Shown here one piece after another: positions 43,523 through 53,663 of a stretch of DNA of 64,000 nucleotides. The number at the start of each line of letters is the position of its first letter. Within the stretch, counting starts at the first letter, position 1. The translations under genes were made by a program, and so were the position numbers. Location of the stretch: NCBI GenBank assembly GCA_963748015.1, contig CAVVHE010000004.1, positions 224,001 through 288,000 on the forward strand, read 5' to 3'. The notes under the pieces are model-generated. The model ran no database searches. It had not been told where the DNA came from and worked only from the letters and a program-made list of their open reading frames with translations. Source of the stretch: Terriglobia bacterium. GTDB lineage: Bacteria; Acidobacteriota; Polarisedimenticolia; Polarisedimenticolales; JAIQFR01.

Positions 43523-45217
43523 TCAGCGCACCGGCGCGGCGGGGCCGCTGGCGAGAGCGGCCGAGAAGCCGGACAGCCCTTCCGGCGTCACGGCCTCGAT
43601 CCGGTACAGGTAGCGAAGCCGGGGATCGGCCGTCGTGTCGAGGAACTGGTACGACGCCGGCGTCGTGTCGTCGCCGAGAGGGGGAACCCAGATCGGGTTG
43701 ATCCGGATCTCGTCGTCGGCGCCCTCCCGCCGGCGCAGCACGTTGAACCCGGCGACGGCGCGCTCGGACGCGGTTTCCCAGGTGACGAGCAGCGCTCCTC
43801 CGGGGGAGTCGGCGGGGCGGACCTCCATCGCGGCGATCTCGCAGGGGAATCCGGGCTCCCGGTGCGCGGACCAGGTGTAGCGGTGAGACGCTCGGCCCTC
43901 GCCGTCCAGATTCCGCACCAGCAGGATCGCCTCGGCGACGCCGGTCAGCGGGACCGTGACTCCGCCCCGCGATTCCGGGGAGAGGTCGAGCGCCAAACGC
44001 CGCATGCGGCGCTCGCCGTCCACGAGGAGCAGGTCGGCCTCCCAGCGGGTCGCGAGGTCCCCCTCGAAGCGCACGGTCAGCCCGCCGCCGCTCTCGCGGG
44101 GCGCGATCAGGATCTCCGCGGCGCCGGCGGACGACACCGGAGGGTCTCCCTGAACCGAGAGCGCCGGGAGGCCGTCCGCCTCCGCGGCGAACGTGGGGGA
44201 GGGGAGTCGGTCGGCGAACGAGAAATGGCGCCCGTCGGAGCGGTCCCCCGTCAGGAGCGACCAGAGCTGGAACTCTCGGAACGCCGCCGCGAACGTCTCG
44301 CCGACGGCGCGCCGAAGCGCGCGATCGAACGCCGCCGCGACCGGCGCGCCCGTCGACACCTCCTCGACGGCGAGGCTCACCGCGGTCAGTCCGTACGCCT
44401 CCCGGAGGAAGGCGAACCACACCGCGTTCCCGGCCGCCAGCGCGAGATCGTCGGTCGCGAGCCCGGCGTCGAGCCTCGCGAGCCGGCGCGCCATGAGGCC
44501 GGCCTGCCGGCCGTCGGGTCCCCCCGACGCTTCGAGGACCGCCCAGGTGGCGATCGCCTCGCCGAACCCGGCCGGCATCGCGGGACCCGCGGCGAGGGCC
44601 ACCGCGTGGGCGAACTGATGGATCGTGGCCTGGCGCGCGGCCGCGGCACCGCCGCGCGGCGCGGCCTCGATCACGAGCAGCGGCCGGCCTCCGCGGCCGG
44701 CGGGGATGAGGTAGCCCTCCATCCCGCCGCCGAGCTTCGCCAGGAGGACGTCGGCCGGGCCCGGACTGGGCAGTCCCATCTGGTCCACGAACAGGTGGCG
44801 GGTCGCGGCGAGCCCCTCGAACACCGCTTCCACCACGTCCGGCTGCCCGTCGGCGTCGCCGTCCGTCGAGTCCACGCGGTCGAAGGACGATCGCTCGGTG
44901 CTGAAGCGGACCACGTTCCCGTCTCGGTCGGCGACGCGCCTCTCGCCTGCCAGGGCAACGTCGAGATGCAGGAGCGAGAGGGCTCGTCTCGCGGCCGCGG
45001 TCCCCGAGGAGGGGTCCTGCCGGAGCGACTGGATGAGGGGCGTGAGGCAATCCCCCGGGAGCGCGCCTCCCCCCGACAGGGCCGCGAGGGACTGCGCGCG
45101 GGTCGCGGGCCGGGACGCGTAGCCCGCCTCCGCTCGAGCGGGGCGATGCGCCGCGCCGGCCGCCAGCACGAGCAGCGCTACGAGTACGGGTCTCCACCTT
45201 GCCGAGGTGGCGAGCAT
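43523..45217 (-). CDS. Secreted metalloprotease-like protein with a degenerate HQxxH motif
   Basis: Signal peptide; DGDADGQPDVVE; ATIHQFAHA...FGEAIATW; C-terminal WETASE...GFNVLR...YQFLD...YLYRIEAV. Confidence 0.6.
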   Translation of the reverse strand: MLATSARWRPVLVALLVLAAGAAHRPARAEAGYASRPATRAQSLAALSGGGALPGDCLTPLIQSLRQDPSSGTAAARRALSLLHLDVALAGERRVADRDGNVVRFSTERSSFDRVDSTDGDADGQPDVVEAVFEGLAATRHLFVDQMGLPSPGPADVLLAKLGGGMEGYLIPAGRGGRPLLVIEAAPRGGAAAARQATIHQFAHAVALAAGPAMPAGFGEAIATWAVLEASGGPDGRQAGLMARRLARLDAGLATDDLALAAGNAVWFAFLREAYGLTAVSLAVEEVSTGAPVAAAFDRALRRAVGETFAAAFREFQLWSLLTGDRSDGRHFSFADRLPSPTFAAEADGLPALSVQGDPPVSSAGAAEILIAPRESGGGLTVRFEGDLATRWEADLLLVDGERRMRRLALDLSPESRGGVTVPLTGVAEAILLVRNLDGEGRASHRYTWSAHREPGFPCEIAAMEVRPADSPGGALLVTWETASERAVAGFNVLRRREGADDEIRINPIWVPPLGDDTTPASYQFLDTTADPRLRYLYRIEAVTPEGLSGFSAALASGPAAPVR

Positions 45218-45347
45218 CGTCACCCGACCTCCGGAGCCGGGGCGCCCCCCCCGAGCGCGCACCCGCAAACCTCGAATATAAGCGGAACCCGCCGTTCCGT
45301 CAAACGAACTCGTTGGAATCCCGGCAGTTACGGGCGGGTTCCGGGCC

Positions 45348-46088
45348 TCAGGGCACCTGGACCACGACGACCGTCACGTTGTCCTCTCCTCCGCGCGCGT
45401 TGGCGGCGTCGACGAGCGCGCGGCAGGCCGCCTCCGGCTTCCCGGAGTTTCCCTCGAGGAGCGTCCGGATCTCGGCGTCGGTCAGCATCGTGTTCAGCCC
45501 GTCCGAGCAGAGCAGGAACACGTCTCCGGGAAGCATCTCCTCGACGACCATGTCCATCGCGACCTCGGAGCGGCTGCCGAGGGCCCGGGTCACGATGTTC
45601 CTCATGGGATGGCGCTGCGCGTCGTCGTCGGAGAGCAGCCCCAGCTTGACCTGCTCGTTCACCCAGGAGTGGTCGCTCGTGAGGCGCGAGAGCTTGCCGC
45701 GGCGGATGAGGTAGGCGCGGGAGTCGCCCACGTGCGCGAGCACCGCCTTGCCGGGGACCTCGAGGAGCGCGACGAGGGTCGTGCCCATGCCCCGGTGCTC
45801 GTCGTGGAACTGGATCGAGTCGCAGATCCGACGGTTGGCCTCGAGGATCGAGGCCTCGAGCAGCCGTGACGCGTCCTCGGCGCTCGCGGCGTCCGGATTC
45901 CAGCCGCCCCTGCGCATGGAGTCCTCGATGGCGTCCACGGCGAGCCGCGACGCGATCTCCCCCGCGGCGTGACCGCCCATCCCGTCGGCCACCGCGTAGA
46001 TCCTCATGGCCGTATCGACGAGATAGGCGTCCTCGTTCTTCTCTCTCCGCCGCCCCACGTCGGTGAGGCCGAAGGCGGCCGGCTTCAT
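45348..46088 (-). CDS. PP2C-family Ser/Thr phosphatase (Stp1/PrpC-like)
   Basis: TDVGRRREKNED, VADGMGGH, GMGTT, HVGDSRAY, LCSDGL, GGEDNVT. Confidence 0.95.
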   Translation of the reverse strand: MKPAAFGLTDVGRRREKNEDAYLVDTAMRIYAVADGMGGHAAGEIASRLAVDAIEDSMRRGGWNPDAASAEDASRLLEASILEANRRICDSIQFHDEHRGMGTTLVALLEVPGKAVLAHVGDSRAYLIRRGKLSRLTSDHSWVNEQVKLGLLSDDDAQRHPMRNIVTRALGSRSEVAMDMVVEEMLPGDVFLLCSDGLNTMLTDAEIRTLLEGNSGKPEAACRALVDAANARGGEDNVTVVVVQVP

Positions 46089-47056
46089 CGCACTCCTCCC
46101 CGCGGCGGCACGCGCCGCGCCTCCGAGGCGCGCCCCGTGCGCAGCTCCTCCAGCTTGACGGACGCGGCGGACTGCGTCGGATCGAGCGAGAGCACCGCTT
46201 CGAGCTGGGACTCGGCTTCCTTGAACTGGCCGGCCCGGAGCATCGTGAACGCCAGGTTGAGCCGCGCCTCCACGTAGTCCGGGTTGAGCGCCGCCGACCG
46301 GCGGAACGCGCCGAGCCCCTCCTCGACGCGGTCGAGCTGCACGAGGCAGATCCCCCGGAGATTGTGCAGGTCGGCGAACTTCGGGTTCACGGCCATGCAC
46401 TCGTCGAGCTCCTCGAGCGCATGCTCCCACTCCTCGGCCTTCAGGTACTGCAGCGCCTTCCGGTAGTGCTCCGCGAAGCGGTCCGGCGCCGAGAAGAACG
46501 CTTCGCGGAGGAACTCCCGCGCCTCGTCGAGCATCCCTTCCTTGAGGCGCAGTAGTCCCTTTTCGTAGGGGTCGCGCACCTGCCGCAGCTTGAGTTCGAG
46601 CGCCTCCGCGAAGCGCGCGGACGCCTCGTCCTCCCGTCCGACGTCGAGCAGGCAGAACGCCAGGGCGACCCTCGCGGCGAGATAGCCGTGGTGGCTCGAC
46701 AGCGCGGCCTCGTATTCCCGGATCGCCTCCTCGTGACGGTCGAGCCGCTCGAGGACCCTTCCGTGGCGGTAGCGGATGTCCGGGTAATCCGGGCTCGCCT
46801 CGGCGGCTCGGGCGTAGTCGCGCTCCGCCGCCTCGAGATCGTCCTTCGACTCGAACCGCTCCGCGGAGCTGACGAACGTCTCGGTCATGTAATACCGCGC
46901 GAGACGCCGGTCGCCCTCGGTCAGGGCCGGCTCGTCGCGGAGCGCCTTCCGGAAGAAGTCCACCGCCTGCTTGTACTCGTTCCGGTAGTAATGGTAGATC
47001 CCGGACTTCACGTGGTAGATCCCCATGAGGTTCAGGATTTCCTTGAGCAGGCGCAT
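46085..47056 (-). CDS. Tetratricopeptide repeat protein
   Basis: Repeated PDYPDIRYRHG / PKFADLHNLRG / PDYVEARLNLA units. Confidence 0.9.
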   Translation of the reverse strand: MRLLKEILNLMGIYHVKSGIYHYYRNEYKQAVDFFRKALRDEPALTEGDRRLARYYMTETFVSSAERFESKDDLEAAERDYARAAEASPDYPDIRYRHGRVLERLDRHEEAIREYEAALSSHHGYLAARVALAFCLLDVGREDEASARFAEALELKLRQVRDPYEKGLLRLKEGMLDEAREFLREAFFSAPDRFAEHYRKALQYLKAEEWEHALEELDECMAVNPKFADLHNLRGICLVQLDRVEEGLGAFRRSAALNPDYVEARLNLAFTMLRAGQFKEAESQLEAVLSLDPTQSAASVKLEELRTGRASEARRVPPRGGVR

Positions 47057-47077
47057 CGTCGGTCTCCCGCGGTCCGG

Positions 47078-48181
47078 TTACTTCTTCTTCGACTGGGAAG
47101 GCTGCTGGTGCCGCTGGTCGTAGATCCGCTTCGCGTTCCTGCGGATGATCTCCGGCACGTTCTTGTCCGTCCCGAGGCGCTTCAGGTCCTTGTCCGTGAG
47201 GCGGGGGATGAAGTTCAGCGAGATCCCAGGAGGCGTCCTCGGGTTGCGCACCAGCGCCGACGCGATCGTGTAGCTCTTCGACCATTCGCGGCCGGCGCCG
47301 ACGGTCCGGAGCACGGCGTCCGAGACGTTGCGCGCCGCCGCGATCAGCTCGACCTCTTGCTCGGTCAGCCTGGGGTTCTTGAGGACCGACAGCGCGACGA
47401 CCTTGTTCGTGTCGCGGATGAGGATCGTCCTCTCCTCGCGCCCGCCCTTCATCGCGAGCAGCGCTTTCCGCGCGGTGTTGAGGGACACGATCTTCTGGTA
47501 CGCGCTGCGCACCGCGGGATCCTCGGCCTTCGCGAACTCCTCGCCGTCCAGGATCTCGCTCGCCGCGAACAGCTCGCCGACGTCGACTTCGAGGAGCCGC
47601 GCCGCCTGCCGCGCGGCCACCTCGTCGAGGGGAAGCGAACCGTCCGGCGGGAGCTCGCCCTCGCCCGCCGGTTCCTCATCCTGGAAGAAGTGCGCGAGGA
47701 GGTCGAGGATGCGGCCCCGCTGGTCGGTTCTCAATGCCGGGTTCGAGGTGAGCCGGTCCAGGAGCCCCGGGCTCTCGAGGAGCCGGGCCTGGTTGGTCAG
47801 GACGAGATCGATCACGGCCGAGCTCCCCTCCGATGCGAGGACCGCCATCGCGTCGTCCCCGACGGACGGGTGGAAGGCGATGATCTCCGCGAGGGCCTCG
47901 TCCCTCGCGGCCCGGCCCGCGAAGTGGCGCAGGACCTCCGCGGCGCAAGCCGGGTCGGCGAGGATCTCCCGGATCGTCTCGGACTGCAAGGAGGAAAGGC
48001 TGGACTCGGCCTCCCGCCGGACGCTCTCGTCCTCGTCCTGGCGAAGGCGCACGAACAGCCGCGCCAGGACGGTCCTCGACAGCGGGAGGACGCCGCGTGC
48101 CGCCGCCATGCGCAGCGGCAGCGGAGCCGTCCCCTCGAGGACCCGCGTCGTCAGGGCGTCCGCCGGGGCCGTCCCGCTCAA
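47078..48181 (-). CDS. Conserved hypothetical helical-repeat (LRV/HEAT-like) protein
   Basis: ALLAMKGGREERTILIRDTNKVVALSVLKNPR...LVRNPRTP; overlaps the upstream gene's stop. Confidence 0.75.
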   Translation of the reverse strand: MSGTAPADALTTRVLEGTAPLPLRMAAARGVLPLSRTVLARLFVRLRQDEDESVRREAESSLSSLQSETIREILADPACAAEVLRHFAGRAARDEALAEIIAFHPSVGDDAMAVLASEGSSAVIDLVLTNQARLLESPGLLDRLTSNPALRTDQRGRILDLLAHFFQDEEPAGEGELPPDGSLPLDEVAARQAARLLEVDVGELFAASEILDGEEFAKAEDPAVRSAYQKIVSLNTARKALLAMKGGREERTILIRDTNKVVALSVLKNPRLTEQEVELIAAARNVSDAVLRTVGAGREWSKSYTIASALVRNPRTPPGISLNFIPRLTDKDLKRLGTDKNVPEIIRRNAKRIYDQRHQQPSQSKKK

Positions 48182-49080
48182 GGAGTCCCTCCGGGCCTGT
48201 CTTCCCCCCTACGGGAGAGATCCACGCGGTGGTCCACGAGGGAAGAGCCGTCGGCTCCGGCCGGAACCGGCTCGGTGCCGGCGATCCCTATGCGCAGCGC
48301 TCCCGCGTCGTCGACCGTGACGAGAAGCGAGTCGCGGCAGTAGAGGCTCACGAGGGCGCCCTGCGGCAGCGACTCGAGGCCGTGGACCCGGTCGTCGCAG
48401 CGAATCGAGCCCTTGACCGGCCGGTCCACGACGATCTTCGCCTCGACCCCTTCGTCCTGCGTCGCTCCGGACGGCGCCGCCTCGGTGCCGCCCGGAGGAG
48501 CCTGCGCGGGGTCCTTCGGGGGCGCGGGCTCGGGCCGCGCGGACTGGGAAGGGGATCCCCCCGTCGAGCCGTCGACGGGAGGCGTCCCGCCCGGCCCCTC
48601 GCCGGGCGCCGCCGCGCCGACGGCGGCGTCTTGCGGCGCCGCCGGACGGGTCCCCCCTCGAAGCCGCCTCAAGGCCGAGATCCCCAGAGTGCCGGCGATC
48701 ACCGCTGCGATGAAGACGACGACGGCCACCGCGATCCAGAGCCCCCGCCGCGAGCGAGGCGCTTCCGGGACGGTCCAGACGCGGCGCGGCTCGCCGCCGG
48801 CGCGCCGGCCCCGCTCTTTCTCTTTTTCCTGCGCACGGCTCTCCTGGGTCCGGAGTTCCTCGAGGTACGACTCCACCATCGCCTCCGGGTCGATGCCGAT
48901 GTACTGCGCGAACGCCCGGACGAACCCCTTGTTGAAGACGCCGCCCGGGAGGTGTCGAAACTCGTTCTTCTCCAGCGCGTCGAGATACCGCGAGTTGATC
49001 TTCGTCGCCTCGGAGATCTCCTTGAGCGAGATCTGGCGCAGTTCGCGCTCGCGCTTCAGGGTCTCGCCGAACGAGGACAT
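48178..49080 (-). CDS. RodZ-like HTH membrane protein
   Basis: FGETLKRERELRQISLKEISEATKI...LPGGVFNKGFVRAFAQYIG, then a TM helix and Pro-rich linker. Confidence 0.85.
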   Translation of the reverse strand: MSSFGETLKRERELRQISLKEISEATKINSRYLDALEKNEFRHLPGGVFNKGFVRAFAQYIGIDPEAMVESYLEELRTQESRAQEKEKERGRRAGGEPRRVWTVPEAPRSRRGLWIAVAVVVFIAAVIAGTLGISALRRLRGGTRPAAPQDAAVGAAAPGEGPGGTPPVDGSTGGSPSQSARPEPAPPKDPAQAPPGGTEAAPSGATQDEGVEAKIVVDRPVKGSIRCDDRVHGLESLPQGALVSLYCRDSLLVTVDDAGALRIGIAGTEPVPAGADGSSLVDHRVDLSRRGEDRPGGTP

Positions 49081-49158
49081 CAGTTGACTCCGGGGGGGGC
49101 CGGGACTGTCGGAACGCTTCGGCCGAACTTCGATTGTAGGAAGCGGCGGAAGCCGCTG

Positions 49159-49950
49159 TCAACCGGCCGGGATTTCTTCGAGGCGGCGCTCGGCTCCGAT
49201 CCGCACGATTCGCGGCGCCTTCGGGTCCGCGGCGAGACGAGAAAGATCGTGCCGGGTTGCGCCGCGGAGCAGCCGTAGCGCGACGGGCAAGGGAGTTCTC
49301 GGGTTGAGGAGCAGGGCCATCCGGACGGAGCGCCTCGCTCCCCACGCGGCGTGCTCCGCGATGGCCCGGAGCGATTCGGGAGGGGTCCGAGCGCCCGAGG
49401 CGATGCGAACGGCGTCCGCCTCGAGGAGACGCGGGTTCCCGAGGAGCGCCCGCAGCACGCCGGCGTCGGAGCACTCCGCGAGCGCCGCGACGAGCGCGCG
49501 GCTCGGGCGCCTCGCGAGCGAGATCCTCTCGCCGAGCGGCATTTCCCCGATCCGGATCTTGAGGATCTCCTCCGCGCTCCGGCGGACCGCGGGGCGCACC
49601 CTCACGTCCTCGGCAACCTCGCCGAGATCCTTGTCCCGGAGATGGGGCGCCAGCGCCCTCGCCACCGCCGTCGGGGTGTTGGGGTGCCGCACGAGCGCCC
49701 GCTGGACCTCGCGGAGCCGGGTCCACTCGCGGTCGCGGGCGACGCGCGAGAGGGCCGCCGCCGGCGCGGAGCGATTCCTGAGGAGCAGGAGCATCTCGTC
49801 CGGTCCTAGATTGGGGTTGTCGAGAGCGCCGAGCGCGTAGGGCGGGGGCGCCGAGGCGAGGCGGTCCCGGAGCTCCGCGGCCGAGTCGCTCCGTCCCCGC
49901 GCCTCGCTCGCGGCCTCGACCGGTTCCCTCGTCGGCGTTCGGCGTCCCAC
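49159..49950 (-). CDS. Hypothetical helical-repeat (LRV-like) protein, related to 47078..48181
   Basis: ALDNPNL, LVRHPNTP, LGNPRL, LLNPRTP repeats; start uncertain (GTG 49950). Confidence 0.7.
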   Translation of the reverse strand: MGRRTPTREPVEAASEARGRSDSAAELRDRLASAPPPYALGALDNPNLGPDEMLLLLRNRSAPAAALSRVARDREWTRLREVQRALVRHPNTPTAVARALAPHLRDKDLGEVAEDVRVRPAVRRSAEEILKIRIGEMPLGERISLARRPSRALVAALAECSDAGVLRALLGNPRLLEADAVRIASGARTPPESLRAIAEHAAWGARRSVRMALLLNPRTPLPVALRLLRGATRHDLSRLAADPKAPRIVRIGAERRLEEIPAG

Positions 49951-50046
49951 CGGGCCAATATTATCCCGACCCGCGCCCCCTGGTTGGCCTCGGCCGATCG
50001 CTCTATGCTGTCCTCCCGTCCGGCGGAAGGCCGCCGAGAGGACAAC

Positions 50047-50727
50047 GTGGATCTTCCCGCGTCGATCGCCTTGCTGCCGATCTGGTACGTGGTGTTCCTG
50101 CTGTCGCTGACCTGCCACGAGGCGGCGCACGCGTGGGCCGCGCGGAGGGGAGGCGACCCGACCGCCTATCTCGGCGGACAGGTGACGCTGAACCCGCTGC
50201 CGCACGTGATGCGCGAGCCGATCGGGATGATCGGCGTGCCGCTCCTGACGTACTTCATGAACGGCTGGATGATGGGCTGGGCCAGCGCGCCGTACGACCC
50301 GTACTGGGAGGACCGCCATCCGCGGCGCGCGGCGGCGATGGCCGCGGCCGGCCCGCTCGCGAACCTCGCCCTCGCGGCGCTGGCGCTCGCGGGACTCAAG
50401 GCCGGGCTCGCGGCCGGCTGGTTCGGGTTACCCGACAGCCTCGCGCTCGACCGGCTCGTGACCGGCGCGGCCGGCGTCGAGGGGCTCGGCCGCGCGCTGT
50501 CGGTGCTCCTCGTGCTCAACCTGGTGCTCGCGGTCTTCAACGCGATCCCCTTCCCGCCGATGGACGGCGCGTCGGTGCTCGCCGGCTTCGTGCCCCCCCT
50601 CCGCGAGCTGAAGGACCGGCTGCGCGGATCGCCGTTCTCCCTCGCCGGCCTCTTGCTCGCATGGGTCCTGTTCCCGTACCTGTTCCACCCCGTCCTCCGC
50701 TTCGCGCTCGCAATCCTGTACGCCTAG
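50047..50727 (+). CDS. Site-2 protease (M50 family)
   Basis: HEAAH, GDPT, AGPLAN, FNAIPFPPMDG. Confidence 0.92.
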   Translation: MDLPASIALLPIWYVVFLLSLTCHEAAHAWAARRGGDPTAYLGGQVTLNPLPHVMREPIGMIGVPLLTYFMNGWMMGWASAPYDPYWEDRHPRRAAAMAAAGPLANLALAALALAGLKAGLAAGWFGLPDSLALDRLVTGAAGVEGLGRALSVLLVLNLVLAVFNAIPFPPMDGASVLAGFVPPLRELKDRLRGSPFSLAGLLLAWVLFPYLFHPVLRFALAILYA

Positions 50728-50800
50728 GAATCGCGAATCTTCAACCACTCCTCCTCGCTGGTCCACGACCATAAGGGGTGCGAAACCGGCAGCGTCCGGA

Positions 50801-50975
50801 GCCGGCCCTTTTCCGGGCCGGCGAGGAACGCTGCCGGTCTCGCACCCCGCGGCCGGGCGCGGGAGGCGGCGGCGTGATCCCAAAGTAGGAGCAACTACTG
50901 CCGGCCTTTTCCGGGCCGGCGAGGAACGCTTCCGGCCTCGGACCCCGTGGTGGGGCACGGGAGGCCGGCCGGCGT
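50801..50975. repeat. Two imperfect ~75-bp direct repeats between convergent genes
   Basis: 50801-50875 and 50900-50975 share CTTTTCCGGGCCGGCGAGGAACGCT exactly and align along their whole length. Confidence 0.85.
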
Positions 50976-52420
50976 CAACTCTCGGGCGGGATCGGGCTGA
51001 TCACGAGCAGGCGCATCTCGGTGTAATCTTCGATGGCGAAGCGCGGGCCTTCGCGGCCCTGGCCTGACCCCTTGACGCCGCCGTAGGGCATCGGGTCGAG
51101 GCGGTAGGTCGGGACGTCGTTGAGCACGACGGCGCCGACCTCGATCCTCTCCCACGCCGCGAGCGCCGCTCCGATGTCGCGCGTGAAGATCCCGGCCTGG
51201 AGGCCGAAGTCGGACCGGTCCACGTCGGCGATCGCCTCGTCGATCGAGCGGAACGGCTCCACCGCGACGACCGGGCCGAAGACCTCCTGGGCGCGGACGC
51301 GCATCCCCGGGCTCGTTCCCGTGAGCACCGCGGGCTCGACGAGGTTTCCGCTGCGGCCACCTCCCGCGAGGAGCCGAGCGCCTCCCTCCACCGCCTCGCG
51401 CACCCACGCGACGAGCCGCTCCGCGTCGCCGGCGGAGATCACGGGGCCGACCGTCGTCGTCTCGTCGAGCGGGTCCCCCAGCACGAGAGCGCCCACGCCG
51501 TCGAGGAGCAACCTCACGAAGGGATCGAAGACTTCCTCGTTGACGCGGATCCGCTGCACCGAGATGCAGCTCTGGCCGGCCTGCCAGAAGCCGCCCGCTA
51601 CCGCGCGCGCGGCGGCGAGTGCCAGGTCGGCCGACCGGTCCACGATGAGCCCGGCATTCCCGCCGAGCTCGAGCACGACCTTCTTGCGACCGGCGCGCCG
51701 TCTCAATTCCCAGCCGACCGCCGGCGAGCCGGTGAACGACAGCGCGCGCGTCCTTGGGTCCTCGACGAGCGGCGCCGCGTCGGCGCCGCGCAGCGGGAGA
51801 ACCGACACCGCCTCTTCCGGCACGCCGGCGTCGAGGAGGAGCTCTGCGAGGTCGAGCGCCGAGAGGGGGGTCTTCGACGCCGGCTTGAGCACGAAGGAGC
51901 AGCCCGCGGCGATCGCCGGCGCGATCTTGTGGGCGACGAGGTTGAGCGGGAAGTTGAACGGCGTGATGCAGGCCACGGGGCCCACCGGGAAGCGCCGCCA
52001 GAGGGCGAGGCGCCCCTCGTTGCCCGGGAAGAGGTCGAGGGGGAGGACCTCGCCGCCGTTCCTGAGCGCCTCCTCGGCCGAGGTGCGAAAGGTGAGCGCC
52101 GCCCGGTCGACTTCGGAGCGGGCCTGCAGGATCGGCTTGCCCGCCTCGAGGGCGATGGTGCGCGCGAACCTCTCCTTCTCGAGGGCGAGGCGGCGGGCGA
52201 CCTCGTGCAGGATCTCCGAGCGCTTCCAGGCGGGGAGCGCCCGGACCGCCACGAAGCCGCGCGCGGCGGCATCGAGGGCCAGGTCGAGATCCGCCGGACG
52301 CGCGAGCGACACGTCGGCGACGGGCCGGCCGTCGAACGGGCTCGTCACCTCGAGCGTGGCGCCGGACTCGACGCGGCGCCCTCCCACGATCAGCGCGCGC
52401 CGGCCGGCCCGCGCGCTCAT
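50975..52420 (-). CDS. Aldehyde dehydrogenase family protein
   Basis: ITPFNFP, LKPASKTP, FTGS, LELGGN, GQSCIS, EVFGP, PYGGVKGSG. Confidence 0.95.
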   Translation of the reverse strand: MSARAGRRALIVGGRRVESGATLEVTSPFDGRPVADVSLARPADLDLALDAAARGFVAVRALPAWKRSEILHEVARRLALEKERFARTIALEAGKPILQARSEVDRAALTFRTSAEEALRNGGEVLPLDLFPGNEGRLALWRRFPVGPVACITPFNFPLNLVAHKIAPAIAAGCSFVLKPASKTPLSALDLAELLLDAGVPEEAVSVLPLRGADAAPLVEDPRTRALSFTGSPAVGWELRRRAGRKKVVLELGGNAGLIVDRSADLALAAARAVAGGFWQAGQSCISVQRIRVNEEVFDPFVRLLLDGVGALVLGDPLDETTTVGPVISAGDAERLVAWVREAVEGGARLLAGGGRSGNLVEPAVLTGTSPGMRVRAQEVFGPVVAVEPFRSIDEAIADVDRSDFGLQAGIFTRDIGAALAAWERIEVGAVVLNDVPTYRLDPMPYGGVKGSGQGREGPRFAIEDYTEMRLLVISPIPPES

Positions 52421-53445
52421 CGATTTCCCTCCGCCAGCCGGGCGAGGCGCTGCAGGTTCTCCCGGCGGCCCAGCGCGACCAGCACGTCGCCGGGGGACGG
52501 CGCGACGTCCGGCGACGGATTGAACAGCAGATCGCGGTCGGCGCGGCGGATTCCCACGACGATGACGTCCATCTCGCGCCGGATCGGCGCCTCGCGGAGC
52601 GTCACCCCGGCGAGCGGCGAGCCCGCGGCGATCTCCACTTCCTCGATCGCCAGGTCGGCCTCGCCACGACGGGTGAAGAGGTCCATGAACGCCGTCACGG
52701 ACGGGTGGAGGAGCTGGCGCGCGAGCAGGCGGCCTCCGCTCTGGTACGGATCGAACACGTGGTTCGCTCCCGCGGAGACGAGCTTCGGGCGGTTCTTCTC
52801 GCTCGAGGCGCGGGCGACGATCGTGAGCCCCCGGTTCAGGTTCCGCGCCGTGAGGGTGACGAAGAGATTGTCGGCGTCGTGCGGGAGAACGGTGGCGAGC
52901 GCCCGGGCCCGCTCGACTCCGGCGGCCAGCAGCGTCGCGTCGTCGGTGGCGTCCCCGGCGATGTGGGGAAATCCCAGGTCCTCGACCTCCTCGAGGCGGG
53001 CGGGGTCCTTCTCGACGACGGTGAACGGAGTCCCGAAGATCTCGAGCTGCTCGGTCACCGACCTCCCCATGCGGCCGAAGCCGCAGACGATGACGTGGTC
53101 CGTGAGGCGCCGGTTCTCCATGATCATCCTCCGTCTGCGAAACACCCTTCCGCCGATCGCCGCCTCGGTCACCTTGGAGGCCAGTAAGCCGAGCGTCCCG
53201 ACCCCGAGGAGGATCAGGACGCTCGTGAACACCTTCCCCAGCGGACCGAGCGGGCGGACCTCGCCGAAGCCGACGGTGCTCAGCGTGATGACGGTCATGT
53301 AGAGCGCGTCGAGCCAGGGGATCTTCTCGATCCAGCGGAATCCGAGGGTGCCGACGACGAACAGCGCGGCGAAGAAGATCGCGACGCGCCGGATCTCCCT
53401 CGATGCGCGGCGCGTTCCGTGGTCCTGGCCACCGAGCCTCGCCAT
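52417..53445 (-). CDS. Potassium channel protein with TrkA-N and TrkA-C domains
   Basis: Pore TLSTVGFG, CGFGRMG Rossmann motif, GDAT, TrkA-C. Confidence 0.93.
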   Translation of the reverse strand: MARLGGQDHGTRRASREIRRVAIFFAALFVVGTLGFRWIEKIPWLDALYMTVITLSTVGFGEVRPLGPLGKVFTSVLILLGVGTLGLLASKVTEAAIGGRVFRRRRMIMENRRLTDHVIVCGFGRMGRSVTEQLEIFGTPFTVVEKDPARLEEVEDLGFPHIAGDATDDATLLAAGVERARALATVLPHDADNLFVTLTARNLNRGLTIVARASSEKNRPKLVSAGANHVFDPYQSGGRLLARQLLHPSVTAFMDLFTRRGEADLAIEEVEIAAGSPLAGVTLREAPIRREMDVIVVGIRRADRDLLFNPSPDVAPSPGDVLVALGRRENLQRLARLAEGNR

Positions 53446-53663
53446 GCCCACCCCCGGCGGCGTCGGGAGCACCCGGAGCCCGCCCGAGTCGTCCCGCGCG
53501 ACTCACGCGATGACTCGGACGGGTTCCCGGGGCGCCGCGCGTCCGAATGATAGCGCCGGGCCTCGACGGGCGGGTGGGGTTCGTGTCATCTTTCCCACAT
53601 TCCCGGAGCGGACCGGGACGCAGGCCGGCGCCGGGGCCGTGAGCCCGGCGGGAGGGACATGTC

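Noticed and set aside
50801..50975. Possible CRISPR array
   Set aside because: Only two long, diverged copies, no repeat-spacer periodicity and no cas genes.
53446..53663. Possible M-box or yybP-ykoY riboswitch upstream of the Mg/Mn transporters
   Set aside because: No recognisable aptamer motif or terminator seen by eye; an Rfam search would be needed to exclude it.
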